IMG/VR virus record: IMGVR_UViG_3300013014_001014
Span: 4,785 to 68,784 of that record
Length of the DNA: 64,000 nucleotides
From: a virus
Direction: 5' to 3' (one strand)
Part shown: positions 1 to 9,632 of the stretch, piece by piece
How the letters are laid out: every line of letters begins with the position of its first letter
Numbering within the stretch: position 1 is the first letter of the stretch
Notes under the pieces: generated by a model
Told to the model about the DNA's origin: nothing
Database searches by the model: none
What the model saw: the letters and a program-made list of their open reading frames with translations, nothing else
Translations under genes and position numbers: made by a program

Positions 1-65
1 TTTTAGCCGATCCTACTAAAGGATCATCAGGAAATCCATTTACACACACGATTGCCGATTCCTAA
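1..65 (+). CDS. 3' end of a gene running in from the left edge (hypothetical)
   Basis: Open frame LADPTKGSSGNPFTHTIADS ending TAA at 63-65. Confidence 0.5.
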   Translation, partial: LADPTKGSSGNPFTHTIADS

Positions 66-72
66 TTTTTAA

Positions 73-101
73 TTGACATTTTATAAAATGTATGGTACAT
101 T
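73..101 (+). promoter_or_regulatory. sigma70-type promoter, extended -10, leaderless transcript
   Basis: TTGACA(73-78)-17 bp-TACATT(96-101) with TGn; ATG follows 7 nt after the -10. Confidence 0.8.
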
Positions 102-108
102 GAAGTGA

Positions 109-1020
109 ATGAATAAATCTCTATGTTGCATTTCACTAAAATTACAAAAACAAAAAATTCAAGCTTCGACAATGACGAAGACTCGGTTTCTTGCGTTGGA
201 ACGTAAAAATGCAGAACAAATCGTAGCGGATCGTACTCTTAACAATGTAGTTGTCACACGTAAAACTTTGGAGTATTGTGCTTTGTACAAGTGGAATTAT
301 CGAATTAGTAGCGGTATGATGCCATTGGAAACTCTTCCAGAAGCTAATTTGTCAATTGAAACCACTTACAATTATGCAAAGATCAAACAAGAATTTAATT
401 TGTGTGATACTGTTATCAAGAAAAACAAAATTAGGTGTAGCACACATCCAGATCAATTTGTTGTTCCGGCAAGTGCAACTAAATCCGTAGTTGAAAAATC
501 TATTGTTGAATTAAAATCACATGGAAAAATGATGGATGCTATGGGATTACCTCAAACATATGAGTCTCCCATTAATATTCATATGAATATTTATAAAGGT
601 GATACTAAAGAAATTGCTAAACGGTTTGTTGATGTATACAATGATTTGCCTATTAATGTAAAGTCTCGATTGGTACTTGAGAATGAAGACAAGCCAAATA
701 GTTGGAAGGTAGAAGAGTTGTATGAATTAATTTATTCAAACACTGGTATTCCTATCACCTATGACAATCTTCATTTTCGTTGTAACCCAGGCAAATTATC
801 TGCTAAAGAAGCGGTAAAGTTGTGTATGTCCACGTGGGGCAAGTATCGTCCATTATTTCATTTTAGCGATAACGATCTTACCAACAAAAATCCACGTGCG
901 CATGGTGATTATGTTCGTAGTATTCCCGAAGAATATGTAGATCTTGATGTTGATTTTGAATTTGAGTTCAAAGCAAAGGACTATGCTCTTGATCGATTCG
1001 AAAAAGAATTTGAAAAATAA
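109..1020 (+). CDS. uvsE: UV damage endonuclease
   Basis: YRISS, HPDQF, LENED, HFS, HGDY, EFKAKD motifs; 303 aa. Confidence 0.9.
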   Translation: MNKSLCCISLKLQKQKIQASTMTKTRFLALERKNAEQIVADRTLNNVVVTRKTLEYCALYKWNYRISSGMMPLETLPEANLSIETTYNYAKIKQEFNLCDTVIKKNKIRCSTHPDQFVVPASATKSVVEKSIVELKSHGKMMDAMGLPQTYESPINIHMNIYKGDTKEIAKRFVDVYNDLPINVKSRLVLENEDKPNSWKVEELYELIYSNTGIPITYDNLHFRCNPGKLSAKEAVKLCMSTWGKYRPLFHFSDNDLTNKNPRAHGDYVRSIPEEYVDLDVDFEFEFKAKDYALDRFEKEFEK

Positions 1021-1031
1021 TTAAAAAGTTG

Positions 1032-1060
1032 TTGACAGTTTGAACAATGGATGGTAAGAT
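1032..1060 (+). promoter_or_regulatory. strong sigma70-type promoter
   Basis: TTGACA(1032-37)-17 bp-TAAGAT(1055-60), TGn extension, AT-rich upstream sequence. Confidence 0.8.
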
Positions 1061-1129
1061 AAATTTAAGTTAGTGAAGAATCTAACGAAACAAAAAAAAC
1101 AAACAAAAAAAGAAAGTAATAAAAATAAT

Positions 1130-1432
1130 ATGTATACTCGTACAAATGCTCGTAACAAGACTAACTTCGTAGGCCATAACACCGCTGGTGTGGAGATTTA
1201 CCTCTCCACTCCTCTAGCGAAGGCCAAGAAGGCTTCACGCTTGACACTACGTAGTGGTAAGACCCGCGTTGACCTAGATGGTCGCCAGATTAAGGCACTA
1301 CGTGAAGTCTTGAATGCTGGTTATAGTGCCGTCGGTTCAGTCATTGACCACGCTGTACCGGCCCGACCAACCCAAGTCAAGTCGCTTGCCGTTAAGGCTG
1401 CTCGTACAATGGTTGCTAGTCGTAAGGCTTAA
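1130..1432 (+). CDS. small very basic protein (nucleic-acid binding candidate); likely start MYTRTNARNK
   Basis: ATG at 1130 after an A-rich leader; K/R/A-rich; GC-richer codons than neighbours. Confidence 0.7.
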   Translation: MYTRTNARNKTNFVGHNTAGVEIYLSTPLAKAKKASRLTLRSGKTRVDLDGRQIKALREVLNAGYSAVGSVIDHAVPARPTQVKSLAVKAARTMVASRKA

Positions 1433-1475
1433 TTGAAATAAATGTTAACTCATATATGTAGATAGTTATACACAT

Positions 1476-1727
1476 ATGAGTTATATTTTCAATAATCAAA
1501 CAATGATGTGGCTGCTAGGTTTGCTAGCGGTCACTTTTTCATTTATAAGTTTGTTTGTGTCATATAAAATAATTAAAAAATTTGATGAATTTCAAATTGC
1601 TACTTATGAAGCATTTGAATTATTGAATAATGACCGAATTAAACTTTTAAAAGAAATTGAATCGTTACACAGACGTAGTAGAATGATAAACAATGAAACA
1701 AAACAAAACAATAGACGAAAAGAATAA
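1476..1727 (+). CDS. small membrane protein (N-terminal TM, then coiled coil)
   Basis: Hydrophobic WLLGLLAVTFSFISLFVSY followed by a charged helix. Confidence 0.6.
   Translation: MSYIFNNQTMMWLLGLLAVTFSFISLFVSYKIIKKFDEFQIATYEAFELLNNDRIKLLKEIESLHRRSRMINNETKQNNRRKE
1508..1539 (+). terminator. intrinsic terminator-like hairpin inside the 1476 ORF
   Basis: GTGGCTGCTAG-gtttg-CTAGCGGTCAC (11 bp, 2 GU pairs) followed by TTTTT. Confidence 0.6.
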
Positions 1728-2166
1728 ATCACGGGGGTTATTCGATCATATAAATCATATCCGTGAAGTAAAAAGTCCTGATTATTATCAATCTCTAACT
1801 GAGTCTGAAAAAAGTACATTTAATAAGTATATGTTATTGCGTGTGTTGAGTATGGATTCAGATATCATCGAAGAAATGGCATTTATATCCAAGTATTTTC
1901 AAAATATACCAAATGATCATTTTTATAAACTATTGATTGATATTGTTCCTAAAGGAAGAAGATTTTCTAAATATATTAAAAAGTCAACAGGCAATGTTAA
2001 TGAGACAATTTTAACTTGCATTTGTGATAAATTTAAAATTGGTCAAAAAGATGCAATTGATTATTATAAAGTGTTTGTAACTGATGAAAAAGGAACTAAA
2101 GAATTGGTAAATTTAGTCGAATGCTTTGGATATACAGAAAAAGAAATAGAGAAAATGTTTAAATGA
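1693..2166 (+). CDS. clamp loader small subunit (T4 gp62-like)
   Basis: FNKYMLLRVLSMD and PKGRRFSKYIKK patterns; clamp and large subunit present elsewhere in the window. Confidence 0.65.
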   Translation: MKQNKTIDEKNKSRGLFDHINHIREVKSPDYYQSLTESEKSTFNKYMLLRVLSMDSDIIEEMAFISKYFQNIPNDHFYKLLIDIVPKGRRFSKYIKKSTGNVNETILTCICDKFKIGQKDAIDYYKVFVTDEKGTKELVNLVECFGYTEKEIEKMFK

Positions 2167-2861
2167 ACGATTTTGAAAAATATTTTTATCACATAAGTGA
2201 TAAACCAATACATAAATGGGCTCATTATTTTAATTTGTATGAAAAGCATTTTTCGAGTTTTAAAAATCGTCCAATTAAAATAATGGAAATTGGAGTTCAA
2301 AACGGAGGATCATTACAAATGTGGCGAAATTATTTTGATTCCAATTCAAAAATTGTAGGGATAGATATAGACCCAAGTTGTAAACAACACGAAGATGATA
2401 ACATTGAAATTCATATCGGAGATCAGACTGATATACTATTCTTGAATAAATTAATTGAAATCTATAAAAATTTTGATATCATTATTGATGATGGCAGTCA
2501 TATAAATGAACATGTAATAAATACATTTAATCATTTATTTCCATTTATTAATAATGGCGGAATTTATCTTATTGAAGATGTACATTCATCTTATTGGACC
2601 AATTATAACGGCGGATTTAAAAAAGAGAATTCTATGATAGAATATTCTAAAAATTTAATCGATCAAATCAATGCGTATTTTTCCCAAGATCTTAATTTAA
2701 GACCAAATTATTACACAAATAACATTGGTTGTATTAGTTATCACGATAGTATAGTGGTGTTTGAAAAACAAATACGAGAATATACGCCATATGATTTAAT
2801 TGCACATAAAGGAAATATAATTGATAGAGAATTACTTGGCAAAAAATTGAAAATTAATTAA
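2163..2861 (+). CDS. class I SAM methyltransferase (sugar O-methyltransferase-like)
   Basis: IMEIGVQNGGS, DIIIDDGSH, YLIEDV. Confidence 0.85.
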   Translation: MNDFEKYFYHISDKPIHKWAHYFNLYEKHFSSFKNRPIKIMEIGVQNGGSLQMWRNYFDSNSKIVGIDIDPSCKQHEDDNIEIHIGDQTDILFLNKLIEIYKNFDIIIDDGSHINEHVINTFNHLFPFINNGGIYLIEDVHSSYWTNYNGGFKKENSMIEYSKNLIDQINAYFSQDLNLRPNYYTNNIGCISYHDSIVVFEKQIREYTPYDLIAHKGNIIDRELLGKKLKIN

Positions 2862-2863
2862 AT

Positions 2864-3505
2864 ATGATTATAATTGGAATATCAGGATACGCTCGTAGTG
2901 GTAAAGATCTGTTTACATCAGTAGCTCAGAAAGTATTAAAAGAGCACGGAATTAAATCTGAAAAGTTTGCTCTTGCCTATGAACTTAAAAATGATCTTAA
3001 ATCACTGATTAAGACAAAAATTGGTATAGATGTTTTCACAGATGATACTCAATCAAAATCTATAATCAGACCATTGTTAGTAGCATACGGCGACGTAATG
3101 CGTAAAACTAGTGAGGGAAAATATTGGACTGCTAAAGTTGGCCAACGTATCGATAAAAGTAAAGCTGATGTTGTTTTCATAACTGATATTAGATACGATG
3201 TTTATCCAGAAGATGAATGTACTTGGTTAGATCGTAAAATGTCTGGCAAGTTAATTCATATAACCAAGTTCAAACAATCAACAGTGCCACAAGGAAAAAG
3301 ATTTAGCAAAAATAAAATTGTTAAGATATATGACGCTGCACCAAATGACCATGAGTTGTTAAATAATCCCAAAGTAAAATCAAAAGCTAATTATGCATTT
3401 GAATGGGAAGATTATAGTGGTAAACTAAATGACACTTCATTAGAAGATCATCCGTATATCAGAGAAAAAGTAATAGTCGCATTAAAAGCGATTAACGTAA
3501 TTTAA
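2864..3505 (+). CDS. deoxynucleoside monophosphate kinase (T4 gp1-like)
   Basis: P-loop GISGYARSGKD; ITDIRY. Confidence 0.75.
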   Translation: MIIIGISGYARSGKDLFTSVAQKVLKEHGIKSEKFALAYELKNDLKSLIKTKIGIDVFTDDTQSKSIIRPLLVAYGDVMRKTSEGKYWTAKVGQRIDKSKADVVFITDIRYDVYPEDECTWLDRKMSGKLIHITKFKQSTVPQGKRFSKNKIVKIYDAAPNDHELLNNPKVKSKANYAFEWEDYSGKLNDTSLEDHPYIREKVIVALKAINVI

Positions 3506-3773
3506 TTGTTTTTATTACATGATTACTACCGTGTGAAAAGATAATTTCATCATCGGTAGTTTTTGTTCTAAAATAGTCTATTAAATCAGAAGCATGAGAT
3601 ATTACAAAATTAATATATAACACATTACATTCTTCGTGCTTCTGATTTTTTCGTTGCTTTTGACAACTGCAGATTTTGCTTACTTGTTGTAGACAATCTT
3701 TTAATCTATCCATTGAAACAATGTGTTCGGATCCTATTAAGTTTACAAGTGCTTGATGACTTCCTATATTCAT
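3492..3773 (-). CDS. hypothetical Cys-containing protein
   Basis: ORF coupled to 3770-4147 by ATGA overlap. Confidence 0.6.
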   Translation of the reverse strand: MNIGSHQALVNLIGSEHIVSMDRLKDCLQQVSKICSCQKQRKNQKHEECNVLYINFVISHASDLIDYFRTKTTDDEIIFSHGSNHVIKTIKLR

Positions 3774-4147
3774 AACAATTTTTTAATTATTAAATAAATA
3801 GTTAATGAACAAACATAGTTGATTGGCAACATTAATAAAGAAAACCACTGTTGATATCCGAATAATAATGTTAGTAAGTTTACACCAATTAAAGTTGTCC
3901 AAAAACACAAACATATTGGACAACTAAGTAATTTGGTTAAATAACCTGGATATTTTTCATATAAAAAGTTAGGATAGTTAGACATGATATCCACTTCCAA
4001 CTTGTACTTCTCAAAGTCTGATATTTTTAATAAACTACGTGTGTTGGTTAGTTTTGAAATGGTTTGAACTATGTCACTTTCAAACCAAACCACCATTATA
4101 AATGTGGTATAAAAAATAAGAGGTATATTAAAGTCGGTTATATTCAT
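3770..4147 (-). CDS. membrane protein, DUF1360-like
   Basis: TM segments and LLSCPICLCFW motif. Confidence 0.6.
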   Translation of the reverse strand: MNITDFNIPLIFYTTFIMVVWFESDIVQTISKLTNTRSLLKISDFEKYKLEVDIMSNYPNFLYEKYPGYLTKLLSCPICLCFWTTLIGVNLLTLLFGYQQWFSLLMLPINYVCSLTIYLIIKKLL

Positions 4148-5349
4148 TGTAGTAATTGATTTTTGTACCAGCTATCACTTAGATTGACTAACTTTTTATT
4201 ATGATCGGTTAATTTATTAATTTTGAGTTTGAATATATCAAATTCTAATTCTCCTACGATGCCACTATCTTCAAGCATTAACTGTAACATATTAAAGAAT
4301 TCAAAACTTTGATTTGTTAACTTAACCGCGTCGAATTCGATTACAATATCATTTATTTTTTGATCTTCATAACGTTTTAATTTTTTCTTAAGATCAAACT
4401 TAGTATTCTTTTGTTCTAAGTTAATATAACGATCATATGAAACATCTGTATAAATTGTATCACACCATGGTTCTAATAGAGTTAATTTATATTCATCACA
4501 GTTACGAACAACAAATCCAACATCATATCTGTTTGGAACAATAGGTTTCATAGTATCGTTGTGTTTAACAAAATGTCCCCATTTACGGATAAAGTTTCTG
4601 GCACTACGGTTATTTTGAGATAACCATTCATCACTTTCTTTACCTACTGTAGTTAGAGTTGGATTGTATCTACTTCCTCTACAGGTCATATGATATACGC
4701 AACCTTCCCATGTTTGTATAAATTTATATCCGTTTAACAAGAATCTATTGAAGATGTCACTGTCTTCTTTGCTTTGGGGTGCATATAGATCATCGTGCCC
4801 ACCAATAGATTGGAAATCACTCTTATAAATGGCCCATGGCGCAAAGATTCCTTCTGTGGTTTTATCTTTTCTTGTCATTCGGGTATCATTGAACCATTTC
4901 AATAAACCAGCCTCATTAAACTCTTCTGGTTCATTTCCGAATGCTTGCACAATCTTTTCTGGTCCTGGAGGATGTAAAGGTGGTTCAATGCGGGTAAGAC
5001 TAACAATAGTACCTGGTTGAATATACTTTTCTACATATTTATCGAAGTTAGGACACGCATACATATCTGCGTGATAGATCATTACCACATCGTTAGTAGC
5101 TACTTCGTTTATAAGACGGTCATATAGAATTGTATGACCCAATCTGGTTGGACCTTCGTTGCGGATAAATTTGAAGTGCGGATCTTTTTGTGCCGTTTCA
5201 TTACACCATTCCATCGTACCGTCATTACTGAAGTCGTCTGCAACACAGATTTCATGTTCTTTGTGAGTTAAATTTTTACGAATAGCGTCATAACTCCATT
5301 TTAGATATTTTAAGTTATTTCGACTGGGTTGAATAAAACTAATTTTCAT
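4144..5349 (-). CDS. GT2 family glycosyltransferase
   Basis: ADDFSNDGT, HADM, KEDSD motifs. Confidence 0.85.
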   Translation of the reverse strand: MKISFIQPSRNNLKYLKWSYDAIRKNLTHKEHEICVADDFSNDGTMEWCNETAQKDPHFKFIRNEGPTRLGHTILYDRLINEVATNDVVMIYHADMYACPNFDKYVEKYIQPGTIVSLTRIEPPLHPPGPEKIVQAFGNEPEEFNEAGLLKWFNDTRMTRKDKTTEGIFAPWAIYKSDFQSIGGHDDLYAPQSKEDSDIFNRFLLNGYKFIQTWEGCVYHMTCRGSRYNPTLTTVGKESDEWLSQNNRSARNFIRKWGHFVKHNDTMKPIVPNRYDVGFVVRNCDEYKLTLLEPWCDTIYTDVSYDRYINLEQKNTKFDLKKKLKRYEDQKINDIVIEFDAVKLTNQSFEFFNMLQLMLEDSGIVGELEFDIFKLKINKLTDHNKKLVNLSDSWYKNQLLQ

Positions 5350-5444
5350 ACTATTTAAATATCAACTATACAGTGCCAAAAAGTTTATTATAATTCCGTC
5401 ATCCGTTTTTTTTTTCAAGTTTTGTTTGGTCAAATCGTCATAAT

Positions 5445-6203
5445 TTATGAATATAACTGTTTGTATGATCTTTCCATCCAATAGGAAACATGTCTGTCAT
5501 TTTGTGGTATTGCGTTAAAATGATATACCCATCCACAGTTTATAAAATGTAAATCATCACTAAACCAACTATGACCTGGTATATGTAAAAGATTTTTTCG
5601 GAACAGATCTTGTAAATTATAACACTCAGACAGATAATTAATGTCTATTTTATTTGATTGTAGTATATAATTTATTATTGTTTGATCTGTACCCGCCTTT
5701 ATTTCTGATGTTAAACGATTGATTTCATCAATATTATCAGTATAAAAGTTTTTTATTGTATCGTAAATAGATTTTGTAGACTTTCCTCCGATTATAAATC
5801 CTCCGTTTATATACTTCCAAGGATGTACATCGGATTGATTTGGAAAAATAGATTTCCATCCTTTAATGCTTCTACAAGTCCATTCATAACATCCGTTATT
5901 TAAAACCGCTGAAAATTTATTGTTTGTTTCATTAAAAAAGTTAGGACAATTAGGATGTACAATTGTATCAGCATCTACCATCAAAACTTGATCATAATCT
6001 ATACCATTATGTTCCAAAATATCGTGTACCCACCATCTCTGCAGTGTGATTTTGAATTTACTAGGATCCATAATTGGGTCTGTCCATTCAATCAACTTGA
6101 CATCATTTTTATCACACCAATGCTTCCAACTTTTGACACTATAATGATATGGATTGCTTCTTCCATTTTTTAAATCTATATTAGGAATGAATACAACATT
6201 CAT
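5445..6203 (-). CDS. GT-A glycosyltransferase (GT8-like)
   Basis: VDADT (DxD), DQTIINY, YHFN. Confidence 0.75.
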   Translation of the reverse strand: MNVVFIPNIDLKNGRSNPYHYSVKSWKHWCDKNDVKLIEWTDPIMDPSKFKITLQRWWVHDILEHNGIDYDQVLMVDADTIVHPNCPNFFNETNNKFSAVLNNGCYEWTCRSIKGWKSIFPNQSDVHPWKYINGGFIIGGKSTKSIYDTIKNFYTDNIDEINRLTSEIKAGTDQTIINYILQSNKIDINYLSECYNLQDLFRKNLLHIPGHSWFSDDLHFINCGWVYHFNAIPQNDRHVSYWMERSYKQLYS

Positions 6204-6204
6204 A

Positions 6205-7062
6205 TTACTTATTATCTGTGACGGCAGACTTTGACTTTTCCCAGTCTTTATTTTTTCTAACCGATAAATTACGATTCCAAGCTGCTTTTAATATGACAGG
6301 ATCAATATCAAACTTTTCAAATGTTTCTATAAAAGCGTTGATATCTTTTGGAAAACATGTGCCACCAAATCCAAAATCATTATCGTGACCTGGTACTTGA
6401 TAGTGACTTATACCAATTCTGCCATCGGACATAACACCACCTAATATTTTATCCCAAGATAGATTTAATTTATCAGATAACAAAAACATTTCATTGAAAA
6501 ATGATACTTTAGTTGCAAAGAAACAATTTGCAAAGTACTTTACAAATTCTGATTCTTTACTCTTCATTGCGTGACACGTGACTCCTGGGAATCTTTCTTC
6601 GTACAATTTTTTGATGGTTAGTGTGCCGTTTTCTTCTTCGCCACCAACTATATTTCTACTAGGTGTAATAAAATCTATAGCTGCTGATCTTGCAGTCAAA
6701 AATTCAGGAGAATGAATAATTTTGAGTGGACTAAACTTTTCACAAAGATAATCTGTGGTACCAATAGGAACGGTTGATTTAATCACAAATATTGTTTGTG
6801 GATTATAAGCGTGAGTTATTACGGTATTAAAGAAATCAACAATATAAGAAGTATCCGATCCTAATGTATCTTTAAACATTGGAGTTGGTAAACAAACAAA
6901 TACAATATCTTGTATTATAGTCTCATCAAATGAATGTGTAGATTTTGCACTGTTTACATCATAGATTTTAACGTCGTGATAGTGATTTAAACCTTTACAA
7001 ATAGCGCTACCAACAAAACCATTACCAACAATTCCGATTTTAAATTTGTTCATAAATTTCAT
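6205..7062 (-). CDS. UDP-glucose/GDP-mannose dehydrogenase family protein, short form
   Basis: GIVGNGFVG, CLPTP, KSTVPIG, SPEFL, GFGGTCFPKD. Confidence 0.9.
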   Translation of the reverse strand: MKFMNKFKIGIVGNGFVGSAICKGLNHYHDVKIYDVNSAKSTHSFDETIIQDIVFVCLPTPMFKDTLGSDTSYIVDFFNTVITHAYNPQTIFVIKSTVPIGTTDYLCEKFSPLKIIHSPEFLTARSAAIDFITPSRNIVGGEEENGTLTIKKLYEERFPGVTCHAMKSKESEFVKYFANCFFATKVSFFNEMFLLSDKLNLSWDKILGGVMSDGRIGISHYQVPGHDNDFGFGGTCFPKDINAFIETFEKFDIDPVILKAAWNRNLSVRKNKDWEKSKSAVTDNK

Positions 7063-7990
7063 TCCAATTTTGTAACCATTTTTCTTCTGTATAATACATT
7101 AGATAATTATCTTTTGCGGTATCTGAACAGTAATTATAAAACTCTTTGTCGTCTCTTAATCTTATTGATAGTTGATTTGCTTTTTCTATATCGCCTATGT
7201 TGACACTTAGTTCTGGATGCAATGTTTCTTGTGTGTCTAATCCTGTATATCCTATGCATGGTATACCCAAATAAGCACAGTTAAGAGCAAATGTACCCGC
7301 CGCATGTGTACGCATTAAGTGTATGCCCACATTAAAATTGGCAAGTGTTTTAATCCACTCAGTCCACATCATGTATGGTAAATGATGTAAGCTGGGAAAT
7401 TGTTCTTCGTTTTCAATTTTTCTTCCCATACTAGGGATAAAAGTTGGCTTGTTGAAGTTTTGTGCTACAAAGTAACTGTCTACTCCGCCATACCAACTAC
7501 AGAAGTTTCCGCCTATAATAGGCATACCATTATTTTCACGGAGTATATTTTTAACGGTATCTTCTATCATCAAAGACTGTAAATTAAATGTGGGTTTCTT
7601 AAATATACCTTTGAAGTATGAAATATCACTCTTGTTATGAGTTAATAGAAAGTCCATCGAACTTAGGAAATTAATATAATTAACTTGATTTGTATAATTA
7701 TAATCTTGATAATACCAGGCCGGACCTTCTTGCATTACTGTTACTTTTTTGCCAATAGATTTAACCAGCTCTAACAATCGGACAGTATCAAAGTTTTCTA
7801 ACTTTTTTGGCAATATTACAATGACCAAATCATGTCGTGGTATACTAATTGACGATTTACTTAAAATGTAGTCTATTGGATAATGATTGGCATTAAGTGA
7901 AATTTGCCAAGCAAATTCGGTACGACAATTTACAAAATCTCTAGGTAGTTTACCAATATGACTATTTTGACTAACAAAACAAATATTCAT
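7040..7990 (-). CDS. putative GT-B glycosyltransferase
   Basis: AAGTFALNCAYLGIPCIG resembles the GT-B C-terminal donor-binding region; cluster context. Confidence 0.55.
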   Translation of the reverse strand: MNICFVSQNSHIGKLPRDFVNCRTEFAWQISLNANHYPIDYILSKSSISIPRHDLVIVILPKKLENFDTVRLLELVKSIGKKVTVMQEGPAWYYQDYNYTNQVNYINFLSSMDFLLTHNKSDISYFKGIFKKPTFNLQSLMIEDTVKNILRENNGMPIIGGNFCSWYGGVDSYFVAQNFNKPTFIPSMGRKIENEEQFPSLHHLPYMMWTEWIKTLANFNVGIHLMRTHAAGTFALNCAYLGIPCIGYTGLDTQETLHPELSVNIGDIEKANQLSIRLRDDKEFYNYCSDTAKDNYLMYYTEEKWLQNWNEIYEQI

Positions 7991-8973
7991 AGTCTTTTTT
8001 TAAAATCTTCGTAAGTGTAAAAGTTTCCTGTATTATTAAATAAACTATTTAAATTGTGTTGTGACATCTCTTTGAATATCTTCCACCAATCTCCTTTTTC
8101 TTTTCCACAAAATCCCCTTGGATTATTTTCATTCGCAATATACATGCGTTTATTTGGATGTCTTCTAGCGTGAACCTTTAAAATGTTTTTGAATATAATT
8201 TGTACGTATTTATCCCCTAATATTTTTTGTGCCATCATTGATAAACTTTCATCATCATTATGAATAAAGCAAGGCGGTATATTAATGCCACTTTTAATTA
8301 AATCACTACTCAATACCAAACAAGAGCCATCTATTTTTGGATAATTTATCGTTTGTATATCAAGTTCTTTGATCTCTGAATTGATAGTATTCATTTGATC
8401 TATGGTCATAAGTGACTTGGCTTGATTAATGTTATCAACATCTTTATCATCATATACATGATTTAGGAATTTAGGATGAACTGTTACATCCCAACTGTTA
8501 TCCCACATTTTTCGATCCGCAAAACATGCTATAAATCTGTATATTCCTTGCGATCTTATAACAGGAGTCAGAGTTTCCAATCCAATTATTGCTTCTTTTG
8601 GAAGCAAACTATCTGTTTCTCCCCATATTAAATAATCAGCTTTCTCACAATATTTTGTATTGAATTCTCTACGATAATTGGTCTGAGTATAGAATTCATT
8701 ATCATTATCTATAATTTTGTAATGTAAGTTAGACAATTCTTTTATTCTAACCAGTTCATTCTCAAATCTATCAACCAGATCATCTTTTGTCGTTTTAGAT
8801 GTATCAATTTTTTCGAAAAACTGGGATGTGTTGAATACAAAATCCAAATATACGTTTTCTTTGTTGTCAACCGTGGACAAAAGATTTAACAATCCACCGA
8901 TATAATCACTGAACATTTCAATCTCATAAAACATTACGTGGATGCCAATTGCGTATTTATAATTTATATTCAT
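7987..8973 (-). CDS. putative GT-A-like glycosyltransferase
   Basis: YLIWGETD, HNDD; cluster context. Confidence 0.5.
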   Translation of the reverse strand: MNINYKYAIGIHVMFYEIEMFSDYIGGLLNLLSTVDNKENVYLDFVFNTSQFFEKIDTSKTTKDDLVDRFENELVRIKELSNLHYKIIDNDNEFYTQTNYRREFNTKYCEKADYLIWGETDSLLPKEAIIGLETLTPVIRSQGIYRFIACFADRKMWDNSWDVTVHPKFLNHVYDDKDVDNINQAKSLMTIDQMNTINSEIKELDIQTINYPKIDGSCLVLSSDLIKSGINIPPCFIHNDDESLSMMAQKILGDKYVQIIFKNILKVHARRHPNKRMYIANENNPRGFCGKEKGDWWKIFKEMSQHNLNSLFNNTGNFYTYEDFKKRL

Positions 8974-9632
8974 AAAAATGTAGAGGCGATTGACATCAAA
9001 TCTGGATTTAATTCGAAATTAAAAATTTTGCCGAACTTTGAAAGATTGGAGTCAATTGGTATCTCTTTTCTATTAATATCTATCATATTATACACATACG
9101 GCAGTTTATTATATTCTCCATCAAAGAAAAAATTCTGGGGAATAAATTTAAGATCTAATTTGTTAATTAAGTTTTGATAGTTTTCTTCTAAGAAGTTTAG
9201 AATCTGATCGAAGATTTGTTCATGGGACTTGTTAACAACAAATACGCTTAAATCAAAAAATCTCGAAAAGTCTACTTTTTTATTATTAAATACATGTTGT
9301 TGATACAATTCTATATTGGTTAACAAGTAACTAAAATCAGAATCCCATTCGGCAAATGTAAGCTTATTGTTGCTTAAATCAAAAATATTCTCTGTATTTT
9401 TATTTACGAGCGTAGTGTCTCGTACTAAACAGATGTTGTCGAAACTTACAGCACTATTTTTCAATAATTTGAACATATAGAAAATCTGATTTGTTCTATC
9501 AAACGTTGGATTAACAATGTCGGTCAAACAGATTAATTTTAAATTGTGCGATTCACAATATTTCTTCCAAGATTCATATGATAACTGGTTTAATTGTTCT
9601 CCTGATTGATATAAGACAACGAAATTATTCAT
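8970..9632 (-). CDS. divergent GT8-like protein
   Basis: SWKKYC and YNMID resemble the 5445 and 9625 paralogs; DxD motif degenerate. Confidence 0.5.
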   Translation of the reverse strand: MNNFVVLYQSGEQLNQLSYESWKKYCESHNLKLICLTDIVNPTFDRTNQIFYMFKLLKNSAVSFDNICLVRDTTLVNKNTENIFDLSNNKLTFAEWDSDFSYLLTNIELYQQHVFNNKKVDFSRFFDLSVFVVNKSHEQIFDQILNFLEENYQNLINKLDLKFIPQNFFFDGEYNKLPYVYNMIDINRKEIPIDSNLSKFGKIFNFELNPDLMSIASTFL

